Notes under the pieces: generated by a model
Seen by the model: the letters and a program-made list of their open reading frames with translations, nothing else
Told to the model about the DNA's origin: nothing
Database searches by the model: none
Position numbers and translations under genes: made by a program
Shown here: in pieces, positions 51,181-63,970 of the stretch
How positions within the stretch are numbered: position 1 is the stretch's first letter
Layout: the number at the start of each line of letters is the position of its first letter
Origin: Octopus sinensis
Lineage: Eukaryota
Direction: 5' to 3'
Assembly (NCBI RefSeq): GCF_006345805.1
Contig: NC_043014.1
Span: 682,001-746,000 of the forward strand
Length of the DNA stretch: 64,000 nt

Positions 51181-53739
51181 TATATATATGTATATATATG
51201 CACTTATGAATGTGCATAAATTGTTGATGTAAACTGCAAAACAAAACCTCCTCAATAAAATAGACTCAATTTCTTTATTACCCCCTAGGGGCCAAACATA
51301 GAATTGGACAAAGCAACTGATGGGATCAGTGAAACGGTCTGAGTTTCCATATAATATGGTTTTAAAATTTAATACAATTTATAAAAATCGAAAGAAATAA
51401 ACAATACAAATGAAGCGATGATCAGGTCACGCCCCGACCCCACAAGCCCCGATCTACCGCTGGTACCTTTTTTATATTTTCTTTTTGACCAGTCTATTCA
51501 CACGGTTCCTTGCATGCCCAACACTCGTGCAACATGCTTCCATCTCTTTTGGAACGTACAACTCCGACAGACACTTCTTCTCCTTTTTAAATGAAAAGAA
51601 AAGAAAGATCGTAAATTGTGGCCAGAGATAAAGTTGCCTGTCTTAATTCCTTTAACCCTAGTCTTCCATTAACTCTGTAATTAAATCAACAAATTAGCTA
51701 AAATAAAGAAATATTAACAAATGAATAAAAGTTACAAAATATGAAAATTCTGACGAAGCGTCTGTGAATGCGTCTCCGTTGTTGCACCGTTTCCAGAGGT
51801 TCCATTCCCATTCATCTTGCTTTCTCCTGCACGTTATATAAAAAATATTGTTAAAATCTCAAAGATTTCGGTAAAACAAAGTATTTTTCTTGCTTTTGGT
51901 AAACCGGCGTCGAACATTTTTTTATTATTAGGTATTCGTTCCGCTTCTTTACGTTTCGAATTCAAACTCCGCTGAAATCAATAAAATAAAGTACTGGGAT
52001 CGATGTCATTGATTGGTTCCCCTCCGAACTCACATAACGCGGTGCCTATCTTTGGAATTATTAAACAATTATGCATTTCTGTTTAATTTTTCCGAAATTT
52101 ATTCCGTATTGTTGTCACGGCATTATATTGGATCTTTAGCACCGTGAAGCCCCTAATCTGGGGCCCAATACATGCTGTGATTGTGTCTCTGGCAAGTCTT
52201 TGACCCATCAGTTTCTCTACAATCAGACATAAATTTCGGAAGAAGCACAGCAACCACCCACTTTTCTTTCTTTCAAATTTTCTTAGACGATTCATTTCGG
52301 GTTTTCTGTCTTTTAGATGTCGGTCTTTTTGAAACTGCAAAAAGAAGAGAATATAAAAATAAACTTTTTAAAAATTACAATATTTTCTTCAATAATTTTT
52401 TTCCCCAGTCAGCCTTTCTCTGTTTCAAAAGCACTGATTAGAATTCAGTAAATAAAAACATAGATAAATCTCAAATTCAAATTCAAAGTTACGGATAGCG
52501 GCTGCTTCTTGCGAACCCGTCATTTTAAATAGCCCCTGTAGTTGTCTCTCTCGGGGCCCATTTCACCTTTTCTCGTCTTTCTCGCTCCTCCCTTCCTAAA
52601 TGTCTGTCTGTCTGTCTGTCTCTCTCTCCCTCTCTCCCCCCCCTCTCCCCCCTCTCTCTCTAACTCTCGTTAACTTGGTTTGCTCAAAGTTGTTACTCAA
52701 ACAAAATTTTTTATAACCAGAAACCAAAAACAGAAAGCAGACAGTGGGGTGGGGGAAAATCTCATCAGCTCCCCCCCCCCATTTCAAATAATTCTCTTAT
52801 TTGCATACAGTTTCTACTTAGTCAATCGAGCTGTCAGAAATAGCAGCTAAGTCCCCTCTAAATCAAACCCTACCATCTTTTAAAAAACGGACATATTTGG
52901 ATGTAGTGTGACCCAAGAGTCTGGTAGATCAGGGATGACTCGGGGCTAAAAGATAGAAAACTTGTGTAAATAACGGGAAAGTGTCTTTGATATTCTTCAA
53001 AAGGAAAACTCCTTGTACACAATGTGTTGAGTCAGTTGGTACCAGATCGGTGATGTCTAAGAAAGGGTTATACGTTAATTTAACCATTCTGAAAATTACA
53101 AATCAAATAAAACTAGTTTTCTAGAGTAACTTTCAATTTTCTTTATCAAAACCATATCAACCAACATCTTCCCTTTAAACTGTAAATCTGTAACCTTTTT
53201 AAACCAAAGATCTCTTCACTCCGACTATGGGAGATAGACTGGCATTTCCAAATATAGCTTTATTTCATATGGGTCACGGTTGGAACATCTTTGATCATAG
53301 GGTTTTACTTGATCAGGTTTGACCTGGGCTGTACAACGACAACAACAACAACAGCAAATAATATATCGATGTTATTTCACTTCTCTTCACATGGAAGATA
53401 AATAAATAAATAATTGATGTCATTCAGTTATTTTATTTTTATAGATTTTGAAATTTAGAAACGTTAAGATTTAAAAAAAAAATATTTCATTGATTGAATA
53501 TGAAAATATGATGAGAGTGGGAGGAAGAGGAAACAGAGAGTGAGAGAGAGAAGGGTGTAAAGAGAACGAGAGAGAAATGTGTGTGAGAAACATATGAGAT
53601 AAAGAGAGTAAGATGTGATAGCGAGGGAATAAGAAAAGATGCTATCTACAGAGAGAGAGAGAGAGAGAAGGGGAGGAGAGGGAGAAGTGATAAACGCTTT
53701 ATTTCTCTTCCTCCTCCTCCTCCTCTGTCTCTGCGAATT

Positions 53740-53830
53740 TGAAATTTAAAATTGAGCGTCCGTCGCCGGTGACGTCACAATCGGCGCTCAGCGTCCATCG
53801 TTGAACCATTCTCCCGTTTGAAACTGGAGT
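53740..53830 (+). promoter_or_regulatory. CpG-rich promoter region of gene B with a perfect CRE (GTGACGTCAC, 53769-53778)
   Basis: Local CpG cluster ~200-290 nt upstream of the ATG at 54035. Confidence 0.55.
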
Positions 53831-54034
53831 GTCGAAACTTTTCTTTAAGTTGATTTCACTAAATTAAGACAAAAAATAAATATATATATATTTTATATCT
53901 ATATATTTATATAGATATAGATATATATATATATTTATTTAGTTGTATAGGCATATATATATAGGTAAAAGCTGCTATAAACCAACTTTTGAGACAAATT
54001 CTGTTAAAGGAAAGTAAAATACACAAGAGAGAAA

Positions 54035-54116
54035 ATGTCGAAGTCCATGTGTATCATGCGAGTATTTATTTTACTGGTCATGATGTGTGGTTTTATGAGC
54101 CAAGTCTCCTGTCAAG
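54035..54116 (+). CDS. Gene B first coding exon: signal peptide MSKSMCIMRVFILLVMMCGFMSQVSCQ
   Basis: aaaATG, basic n-region, hydrophobic h-region, VSC-Q cleavage-like site; donor CAAG|gtaaac (phase 1). Confidence 0.7.
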
Positions 54117-54174
54117 GTAAACACCAAACGATTTGATTTCTTGTAATTCTTTTTGTTTGCGCCCCACCCACTGC

Positions 54175-54208
<34 letters not shown>

Positions 54209-54327
54209 AATCTCTGTCTCAGCTGATTCAAATTTTGAAACCTGTGTGTGTGTGTGTATGTATATGAATATATATATATACATATACATATATATATATA
54301 TATACATACATACACATAAAGCAGTTA

Positions 54328-54375
<48 letters not shown>

Positions 54376-54488
54376 AATCTCTGTCTCAGCTGATTCAAAT
54401 TTTGAAACCTGTGTGTGTGTGTATGTATATGAATATATATATATACATATACATATATATATATATATACATACATACACATAAAGCA

Positions 54489-54534
<46 letters not shown>

Positions 54535-55024
54535 ATTTTTCAGTTTTGACTTGCTTTTGAAAATTTCTTCCTCATTGATGTTCTCAGGAAAAGGGGAAAA
54601 TAAAGACTTTGGAAAGTGGGGGTGGGGTAGAATTGTTTTTGTAATTGAAATTTTGAAAGTCCGCCAAATAAACTGAAATGAAGAAAATTTAATTTTTGAA
54701 AACTATTTATTTCTAAATGTTCACAAAAATGTAAATCTGAAAGAATTTTTGAATGTCAAAACAAGGCAAAATTGCGGAAATGTGAGAGAAAAAGGCTGAA
54801 AATGGGGAAAAAATGAAAAATTTATATTTTTGTAGTTTAGAGAGAATCATTAATTCCAAAGGAAAAATATTTTTTTTAAAAAGTCACAACTGAAAAATTC
54901 GAGAAAGGGCGGGGCTAGGGGAGTGAATAAGCCCCTCCCCCAAGAATCGTAATTGACGATGTTTTAAATAAATTACCGTTTGAGGCGCACCAGATACTTT
55001 CCGATTCAGTAGTATAGGAACATG

Positions 55025-55072
<48 letters not shown>

Positions 55073-55855
55073 GGACTAGAGAGCTTGAGAGAGATGGGAC
55101 AATTTGGTAGAAGCATTAAGATCGTTGGATGGAAGCGTTGTTTGCGAATTCATCCTTTTGAGGACGATAAAATAGCAGCCCTGGGATGCATTCTTCTGTT
55201 TATTTCTCTGGGGAGTAAAAGAAAATTCAACTGGTTTCAGACCTGGAGAAGGTTTAGGACTTGTGATTTAGAAATTGTGCATAAGAAATATCGGCCGAAC
55301 TTTGAAGGTTTTGCGGGAATGAGTTTTTAGACTTGGGTCCTTGGGTGGGTGGGTCACTCACTTTGTACTACCACTTCTTGACTGTGGGGCAGTGTTTTAG
55401 CAACTGAGGGTGGTGGCCCATAAATGGATTATCAAAATATTCTCTTTATGCTTCGGACCATTTTCTCGAAACTTTTTCAAATTATTGTATTTGTGGTTCT
55501 TTGAATATTGTTAGTAATGGAAATGTGGTAGTGGTAGATGGGAGACAGTGTTATACATGAGATACTGTTATGAATGTAGGCCCGGGAATAAATGTAAATG
55601 AAAAGTGAGCTTTTCGGGAATGGCTTTACCATTCCATTGAATGTTTGAATTAAAAAAATGTCAGTTCATCTCTTCGTTAGACGCCACAACTGTGGCGTCT
55701 TCATTCAAAATATTTATTTTCCTCGTTTCAAATGGAACATTTCGGATTATTTTTTTATCTTAATGTTTTTACTGTTTCATTAATTTTATTTTTAAAATGA
55801 TGAAAAGTTAACGAAATATCAAATTGGCGAATATTTTGACAGTCTTGTCTTTTAG

Positions 55856-55861
55856 CCACGA
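55856..55861 (+). CDS. Gene B candidate 6-nt microexon CCACGA (adds A-T)
   Basis: gtcttgtcttttag|CCACGA|gtaatt; frame-preserving. Confidence 0.4.
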
Positions 55862-56095
55862 GTAATTCTGATGTTAATAAAACTGGAACAATGTCGGTGG
55901 GGGAGAAAGAAATGACAGATGTAATCAGTTAGGTACTAATGTCCACCAATATGCTGTTAGTTGAGAATAATACTCATAATAAACGATCGTGTGTGTGTGT
56001 GTGGGAGAGAGAGAGAGAGAGACAGAAACTGTTGAAATGTCTGGACGTTTTAGTCAGACAATGAATGACCACCCTCACTTATTTATTTTCAACAG

Positions 56096-56203
56096 TATTT
56101 ACCACGCCTGTATTCTTCAATAATATTTTGACGAGGGAATTGGCTTCAATCACAGAATATGTAGACAGACATTTTTCACCGATAAAGGCTGAAAAACTTC
56201 TAG
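56096..56203 (+). CDS. Gene B 108-nt exon FTTPVFFNNILTRELASITEYVDRHFSPIKAEKLL, putative cadherin EC1 N-terminus
   Basis: ctcacttatttattttcaacag acceptor, TAG|gtaggt donor; only phase 1 is open. P.FF.N.....+.I.E pattern as in CDH23/CDHR1 (recalled, not searched). Confidence 0.65.
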
Positions 56204-56762
56204 GTAGGTTTAGAACTATTAAAACAGTTTGATTAGAAAAAATGTTGAAAGGCAAATGTCCTCTCCCTAAAATCCCTTTGTTTTAATGTATTTATTTTTG
56301 TCTTAAGCAATTTAACGGTCAAGGAGGACATTAGTATCATTAGGATTACATCCGATTGACTTCAGCCGTGACCTGCTGCTAGCATGTGCCATGCTTTCGT
56401 CTGTTTAGTCAAACCTGGACCCGGTAGCACATTGAGAATGTGAGAAACGGGTGTACCAGCCGGGTGCTTGATAGTACACCTTTACAGGTGATTGCTGGGG
56501 CAACATGAAATTACTTGCCTTCCTCTATGACATGTTCAATCCAGAAACGGAACCTGCGACGCGAGCCGAGTTGCCCCTAACCACCCCCCTCCAGTTAACC
56601 ATTATCGTTAGCTTAATTTCAGGCATTGTGCTTTTAGTAGAAATTATTATCGTTAGCTTAATTTAAGCCTATTAGATGTATTACAATTCTATGATATATA
56701 TTTTTAATGTTTTATTTGATATCTTTGTGAATAATATATTTTTTTTATTCTTTTTCCTCCAG

Positions 56763-56768
56763 GAAATG
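56763..56768 (+). CDS. Gene B 6-nt microexon GAAATG (G-N)
   Basis: ttttttttattctttttcctccag|GAAATG|gtaagt; near-consensus sites; frame-preserving. Confidence 0.6.
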
Positions 56769-58319
56769 GTAAGTATTGCTTCCTTATTCTTTTGTTTTAA
56801 ACTTAATAAGAAAGACTGAAGATGATTTTTTTTTTGTTGGGATTTTTATATGAAGATGTATTTTGTATTTAGTCGCATAAATTATACGATCTGTGTTTGA
56901 ATCCTACTAAAGTCGACTTTTGCATTTTCGAGGTCACGTCGATTTAATCCTGAAATCAACGTATATCTTTTCCTAGATTTGGAGCCTTGTTCACAGATTA
57001 AATGGCATTAAGTCCCCCAACTCTGCCCATCACTAATTAATGCTAAGTGTGCTCCATGTTTATGGACGACACTGGCTCTAATTTCCGGTTTATTTGTCTC
57101 CTCTATATTATTTCTTTCTTTTTAGGTTCGTTTTTCCTTACAAATTCCTGCAATTATCCAACAAAACTGTGTCTCTATTTAGTTAGTATTTAATGTATTG
57201 TGGAAACTTGTGTCTAATTGCTGGGGACGTTTAATGCAGCCACCAAATCTCATTTTCAAAAAGAGGAACCAGTGAAAAGAGCTCCACAGACTTTGGTGGT
57301 TTTCTGTGGACGAAATGGAAGAATTAAGTCTTTGAGACTTGGTCGCGTGTCCATTGACGAAAAAGGATTAATGGCGGTAGTTACTGAACAACCAAAGAGC
57401 GAAGAGTACCGGGCAGTTTGTACCCACATCAAAGTATTAATTACTGGGAAGTTTTGGTGTGTTTCTGAAACGGTAGTTTTTGTATTTCTAGTTCTGTATT
57501 GTGATTTCTCGTTTAGACTAAAGTCTAAGATGACAATATCTGAGGTGAACTTAGTTTAGAATGATAGTGAGTTGAGGTGGATTTGGTTGCTATTTCTAGT
57601 AGACATTGTAGTAATTTAGTGGCACCATTCTTGCCGTTAAAAAACTATTTTACGAAAACGCCTGCAATGGTTTTAGCAATTGGTGAGGGAGGGTCATTGC
57701 TGGACTGTTTCTAGCCTAGATGTGTTCAAAGATGGCCAACCTAAGAGTAAACAACACAACTGGTCAAAAGAACTGAAAGAGGAAGAATCTTCGAAATTTC
57801 GGTAAATTTTTATTTACATTCGTTTCATTTTGAATGTGAAATTTTAGTTTTAAAAAAGTGATTTCTGACGGTTTTGTTGGTTATTAATGTTGAAAATACA
57901 TGAAAAAAAAAAAAAAAACCATAGGAAAAACAAATTTCACCTTCAAAGTGAAGCGAAAGACTTCCTGGAGACATTTTGTGATATTTATACAATTCTGTTG
58001 AATTTTGAATCACAGTTTCTAATTAACATAAATTTATAAAAATGATTGTAAAGTATTCTAATTTATTACTAATATTTTATAATTTTTTAATACTTGTCTA
58101 ACTTAAGTTCTGGGTGTTTGTTTTCTAATGTTATTAACATCTTGAAATGTCAGCAACAAATCATCTCAAATTTTTGTGTGATGTAAGTAGGACCTTTGCG
58201 AAATATTGTTTTGTACTAAAGACATATAAAACTAGTGTCGTCTTAACTACAAACCAATTTATTCCAATATAGAACAGGAATCCTCCAAGCTACGGAAACT
58301 CTGCCAGATGTTTTAAGCA

Positions 58320-59095
58320 TTTCAGCTGTGATTTGGGATTGGCTGGAGGCTTTCACTGTTTTTCGTATCTTTAATTGCTTTATCTACTAAACTACTGTTG
58401 ATACAGATAGCAGCCTGTCCCTCAGATGAGTTTACATTAGGCAAGTTCTCCTTCTTCCATGCATTCTCTACATTTAGCAACCTTTCATAGAGGCTCTGCC
58501 ATGCCTCCTTCTTTGCAGAATCACTAACTGCAAGTGAGCCATCATCCATCTGAACACACTTCTCTCCTACAACATCACAATTTTGTCTGACACATTGTCT
58601 TGCAACCCAAAACCTCTCAAGCCGCTGGTCCTCATGCCACAGAGCATTGGCAAAGTTGCTCCCTTCTGCTTCTCCCCTGGCTGAGTATACCTGTCTTCTA
58701 GCCTCCCGCCTAGCTACCTGATATAGTTCTCTGCTACCACCATTCTTCCAGGCCTGTTTCTTTACACTAATGGTCTTGTCTATAACATCACTTTAGGTTT
58801 GGTTTGGGACTTTGCACCAGCCACAGATTTAGTCTGTGGTACTTGGCAAACTGTCCTGTAGGAATTCCCAGTTGCCCTCTATGTTACAAGTCTGTAGTTC
58901 CTTCTCCTCCTCATTAAGTTTCTCAATTAGGGCATCCCTAAATCTCTGACCATTTAAAGGATCCTTGAGCTTCCAAATCCTTTCCAGAATGGTCTGCTTC
59001 TTGGACTCCTAGCCTGAAGTCTAAAGTTGCCTAATCTATGCTGGTGGATGGGTATATTCTTCACCAGGAAAGCTCTTTGAATTTATGAGCAACCA
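58320..59095 (-). mobile_element. RTE LINE fragment
   Basis: MDDGSLAVSDSAKKEAWQSLYERLLNVENAW; homologous to 60.9-61.75k. Confidence 0.85.
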
Positions 59096-59789
59096 TGAAC
59101 ATAACAGCTTTATTTAAATTCTGTTTTACTGCTTGAGATGGATTTCTCTGCTGCCATGGTTGGACTTCACTTCAAATGCACACAGCATAATGTATTACCT
59201 TTATTAACAATGGCTAGAAGAAAATCCATCAAATAAAATGGAAGACTGTTTCATCTAAAGGGGTGAAGTTATAAGGATGAAGTTGAATGTTGTTGGAGAA
59301 GATGACTCAGCCATATTGCCAGAGTATTATCGTTAATGTTTGCAGCAAACGAAAAGCAAAATGTCATCAAGTGCTTAAGTGTCTCCGTTTACTTGATGTG
59401 ATTCTATGTTTAATATGGAATGGCTCCTGTGTGTAGTAGATTGTCTGACAGGACATGAAGATAAACATAATGACCATTGCAGAAGAAATGAATGGTCAGT
59501 TTTTGAAGCAAATCCTTTTCTGACTGAGGACTGGTTTGAAAGGCTTAAGAGGTGGCCTCTCCTTTTTACATCGTTATTCAATATACATTTTCCATGCTGG
59601 CATGGGTTGGACAGTATGGCAAGAGTTGGCTCAGGCTTACCATCTGCTTTAGCATGGTTTCTATGGTTGGGTGCCCTTCCTGATGCCAACTGCTTTAGAG
59701 AATTTACTAGGTGCTTTTTTGGTGGGCAGCAGCACCAATGGGTCACCAACTAGCTTTGAAGACAGGCATTTCGATTTGGAGGAGGGTGT

Positions 59790-62287
59790 AGTGTCGAGGG
59801 AGAAAGCTTTGTGCCAGTTGGTGAGAGGTTGAAAAGAATAACAGAAGAAGAGAGAGATAAGCATCTTGCTGTAAAAAAGATGATGTCCCAGTTAGAGATG
59901 AAGAAAGGAGAGAAAGAGACTTAGTGGAATAGGAGTGATTGTGGAATTGGGGGACGAAAGGGAGCCAGGTGTAATCTGTACCTATTCTGCTCTCAGGTGA
60001 TTATGGTGGCCAAATAATATCAGAAATAGAGAAGAGATGAGTGTTAGGGAATGTGATGTGAGGGAAATGCTTGATGGAGGTGGGGGGGACTCTGTTCAGG
60101 AAAAGTGGTTTTAAGCAAACGGCACTTGATGTGACTCTCCTCATCCATATACATCACTTTGCCTGAGAACAAGCATTGCCTTCTCTTTGCACATTACTTC
60201 CTTTTCTACCTTTTTTTCTCAAACACTAGCATTTTGTCATTAACAAGGTACATCCGATGGAGGCCCCTAGCTTTATTCCTCTCTCTTCTTCACATGTCTT
60301 CTTCATATTCAGCCCACAACTCACTGCCAGGTAACATTCTCAAGCACAATACAATCTTCCTTCCACTCAGAGAGAGCTTTTGTCACCATCAGAGCTTTCT
60401 GCTTCTGCCCTTACAACATGAAAATGACTTGTGAAGCTGCCTGTGTAATGAGGACACATAACCTGCTGGTTAGTGTGCTGCACTCATGATTGCAAGATTG
60501 TGGGTTCAGTTTCCAGACCAGACCCTGTTGTGTTCTTGAGCAAAACACTCCATGTCGTGGTGCTCTGCAATCACTTCGGCATCTGATGTAGGACACAGCA
60601 AGCACCAGTACAGGTCATGTGAATTTGAGACCCTCTTGCAGACAACTGCGTTGATGAATGATAGGGACCTTCTCTTGGTGGCTGGTGACTTCAATGGACA
60701 TGTTGGACAACATGCTGGGGGCTTCCATGGTGTACATGGAGGCTATGGTTTTGGTTCCCGCAATGAGGAGGGAACCAGACTGCTAGAGTTCTGTGATGCA
60801 AATGATTTTATGGTTTGCAATACCAACTTCAGAAAACCTGCCAGTCACCTAGTCACCTACCATTCTGGCAGACACACTAGCCAAATTGACTACATCCTCA
60901 CCAGAAAAAGGGAAAGAGGGCTGTTTATAAATGCCAAAACCTTCTCAGACGAAGAATGTACCCCACAACATAGACTAATAGTTAGCAACTTCAGGATCAG
61001 GGCTAAATGGATGCCCAGAAGACAACCAGCATGGAGTAGAAGGGTCTGGAAGCTTAAAGATCCTGCAAATGGACAGAGATTTAGTGATGTATTACTCGAA
61101 GCCTTTGACGAAATAGAAGGGGATATAGTATCACATGTTGTGGAAGACAACTGGAGGTTTCTAAGGGACAACCTGCTGAGAGCCACTGACCAGATCTGTG
61201 GTTGGTGCAAAGTCCCCTCTCGACCCAAGGTAACGTGGTGGTGGAACAATGTGGTTGACAGGGCTATTAGAGAAAAGAAACAGGCTTGCAAGGACTGGAA
61301 GAACGGTGGTAGCAGGGAATTGTATCAGACTGCCAGAAGAGAAGATGGGAGACAGGTTTATTTAGCCAGAGGGGAAGCAAATAAGAAAAAATTTACCAAT
61401 GTTCTGCGCCGTGAGGACCAAAGACTTGAGGTATTTCATGTTGCAAGACAGTGTGTGAGAGAGAGAATTGTGATGTAGGAGAGAAATGTGTCTGCATGGA
61501 TGATGGTTCACTTGTACTAAACAAGGCTGCAAAGAGAGAGGTTTGGAGACACCACTGTGAAAGGTTGCTCAATAAAGAGAATGAATGGGAGAAAGAGAGT
61601 CTGCTGAATGTCGATCCAACAGAGGGACCAGCTATCCGAATTGACAGTACCTTGGTAGATAAAGCAATTAAAAGTATGAAGATGGAAAGCCCCCAGTCCA
61701 TCAGGAATCACTGCAGAGATGCTCAAAATATCTGGCAGTGTTGGCTATAGCCTAGTCACCCATACAGTTAGCCAGATGATACACGGAGTCATACCCAATG
61801 ACTGGTGTAGCTGCATGAGAAATACCTAGCCAAAGATAAACCTCTGTACCTGGCTTTCGTTGACATAGAGAAAGGGCCTTAGAGTCAACCTAGCTAAAAC
61901 CAAAGTCCTAATAAGTAGCAAGGCAAACAAACCACAAATCCCTTCAGCTAGATAGCCCTGCTCAATCTATAGAAAAGGCATAGGTAGAAACTCCATAAGA
62001 TGTACCCAGTGTAAGCTATGGACACATAAGAGGTGCAGCAATATCAAAGGAAGGCTAACTGGGAAGATAGTTTTTGTATGTGGCAGATGCTCAGGAGCAA
62101 CAAACACTGAAAATGTGCAGAGAACAACTTCTGCCACATTCCAGGGAGAAAAACTAGAAGTAGTTGGTAGCTTCCGTTACCTAGGTGACCAAGTCAGTAG
62201 CGGGGGTGGGTGCTCTGAAAGTGTAGCTGCTAGAATAAGAATAGCCTGGGCTAAGTTCAGAGAGCTCCTACCTCTGCTGGTGACAAG
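59790..62287 (+). mobile_element. RTE-clade LINE: APE endonuclease, internally deleted RT with a PHD-like Cys/His insert
   Basis: LVAGDFNGHVG...NEEGTRLLEFC...SQIDYIL (APE); LYLAFVDIEK; LEVVGSFRYLG...RIRIAWAKFRELLPLL. Confidence 0.9.
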
Positions 62288-63409
62288 AAAAATTTCATGC
62301 CTCACCTCTGCTGAAAAGCATTTCAGCTGTGACTATCCCATTTCTTCACAGATATATATATATATAGGGTTGCAGTAACCATTGTGTCTTTTCACTTGGC
62401 GCCCATGGTGTTTCTCACAAATTGGCTCCCATTTCATGCATGTTAGTTGTGCACATAGAGGCTTCTTCGTCAGCTCAACTTTTATTACCGAAAGAAAAAT
62501 TTGAGCTCAGTGGGATTTGAATTTAGAATGCAAAATGAATAGTCTCTGACACTATACATTCTGCTATGTACTGTACAATATTGATTTCTAATACAAACAC
62601 AGGGTTTATGAAATTGTGGGAGAACAGAGCCAGTTTCATGGATATCATTACGTAATGGTAACTTAATTTTATTGATCGACAAAGGCTGAAAGGTAAACTC
62701 GATCTCAGAGGAATCGGAAAATGAAGAAACTAACTCTTGTAAGATATGCAATTTGATGCACTTCTGGTCCTGTCGCCTCTCATCCAATAATAATGGGGAC
62801 TTTAAATTTAGGCACGTGAATGCTATTTACTTTATCTTCTCTGATCCCCAAAGGAAGAAAGATTGCATTGATTTCGATCGGATTTGAGTTCATAATGAAG
62901 AGGCTTTCTGCAGTAAATCTAGCGAATCAATGATATACCTCTCTAAAGCCGTAGACAGAGTGAGAACCATCAACATAGTGTAGAGAAGCAGTAAATAATC
63001 CTTTTTTAGTATAGGCACAAGGCCTGCAATTTGATGAAGAGCTCGTCGATTGTATTGACCCCCAATGCTCAACTGGTACTTATTTCATCGATTCCGAAAT
63101 AAAGGCAAAGTTGACCTTGGCAGCAGTTTGAGTTCAGAACATGAAGTCAAGCGAAATGCTGCTAACCATTTTGTCCAATGTGCTAAGGATTCTGCAAACC
63201 TGCCGCCTTAGCATCACTAAAAACGACCACACTATACACTCTAAATCAGCTGTTTCTTCTAGCTGGAACACACTATAAATTGGTAGTTTTTACTTAACTT
63301 CTAAAATAGTTGAAGCAGAATTTCGCTCTTCTCCTTTATCTTCCACAAAGTTTTACTGCATATGAAATTCTTTTATTACTCTTTCACCAACTTTCATCTT
63401 ATTTTTTTC

Positions 63410-63970
63410 TCTCCCGTGATGTAAAAGGTAGACTGTATGATACATGTGTACAAACAGCCATGCTACATGGCAGTGAAACATGGGCCGTGACTGTTGAGGA
63501 CATGCGTAAGCTTGCAAGGAACAAAGCCAGTATTCTCCGATGGATGTGTAATGTCAGTGTGCATGCTCGACAGAGTGTAAGTACCTTGAGAGAAAAGTTG
63601 GACCTAAGAAGCATCAGTTGTGGTGTGCAAGAGAGACGACTGTGCTGGTATGACCATGTGGCAAGAATGGATGTGGATAGCTGTGTGAAAAAGTGCCACA
63701 CCCTAGTGGTTGAGGGAAACCTGTGGAAGAAATATACCCAGGAAGACCTGGGGTGAGGTGGTGAAGCATGACCATCAAACATTGGGCCTCACCGAGGCAA
63801 TGACTAGTGACCGGGACCTCTGGAAATATGCTGTACTTCAGAAGTGCAAGTGAGACCATAACCTTGTGGCCTATGCCAGGGGTGTAACCAGTCCACTTGT
63901 GTGTGCCTTTCCTTCATTGGACACTAAACTCTGCTTGCGAAGACCTTTTGAGGCAAGTGAAATTGAAGTC
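63410..63970 (+). mobile_element. 3' continuation of the RTE LINE
   Basis: VKGRLYDTCVQTAMLHGSETW...LRWMC...VQERRLCWYDHVARM; picks up about where 62287 stops. Confidence 0.85.

Noticed and set aside
57126-57181. Strong acceptor tttctttctttttag|gttcg as the next gene B exon
   Set aside because: The phase-1 reading (GSFFLTNSCNYP...) is uninformative, the more cadherin-like frame needs a phase-2 partner that was not found, and the donor is weak. Left unresolved.
57218-57559. 113-aa ORF downstream of the gene B microexon
   Set aside because: Poor acceptor; LGRVSID and its neighbours look more like a decayed mariner N-terminus (GR.S+EDD) than a cadherin exon.
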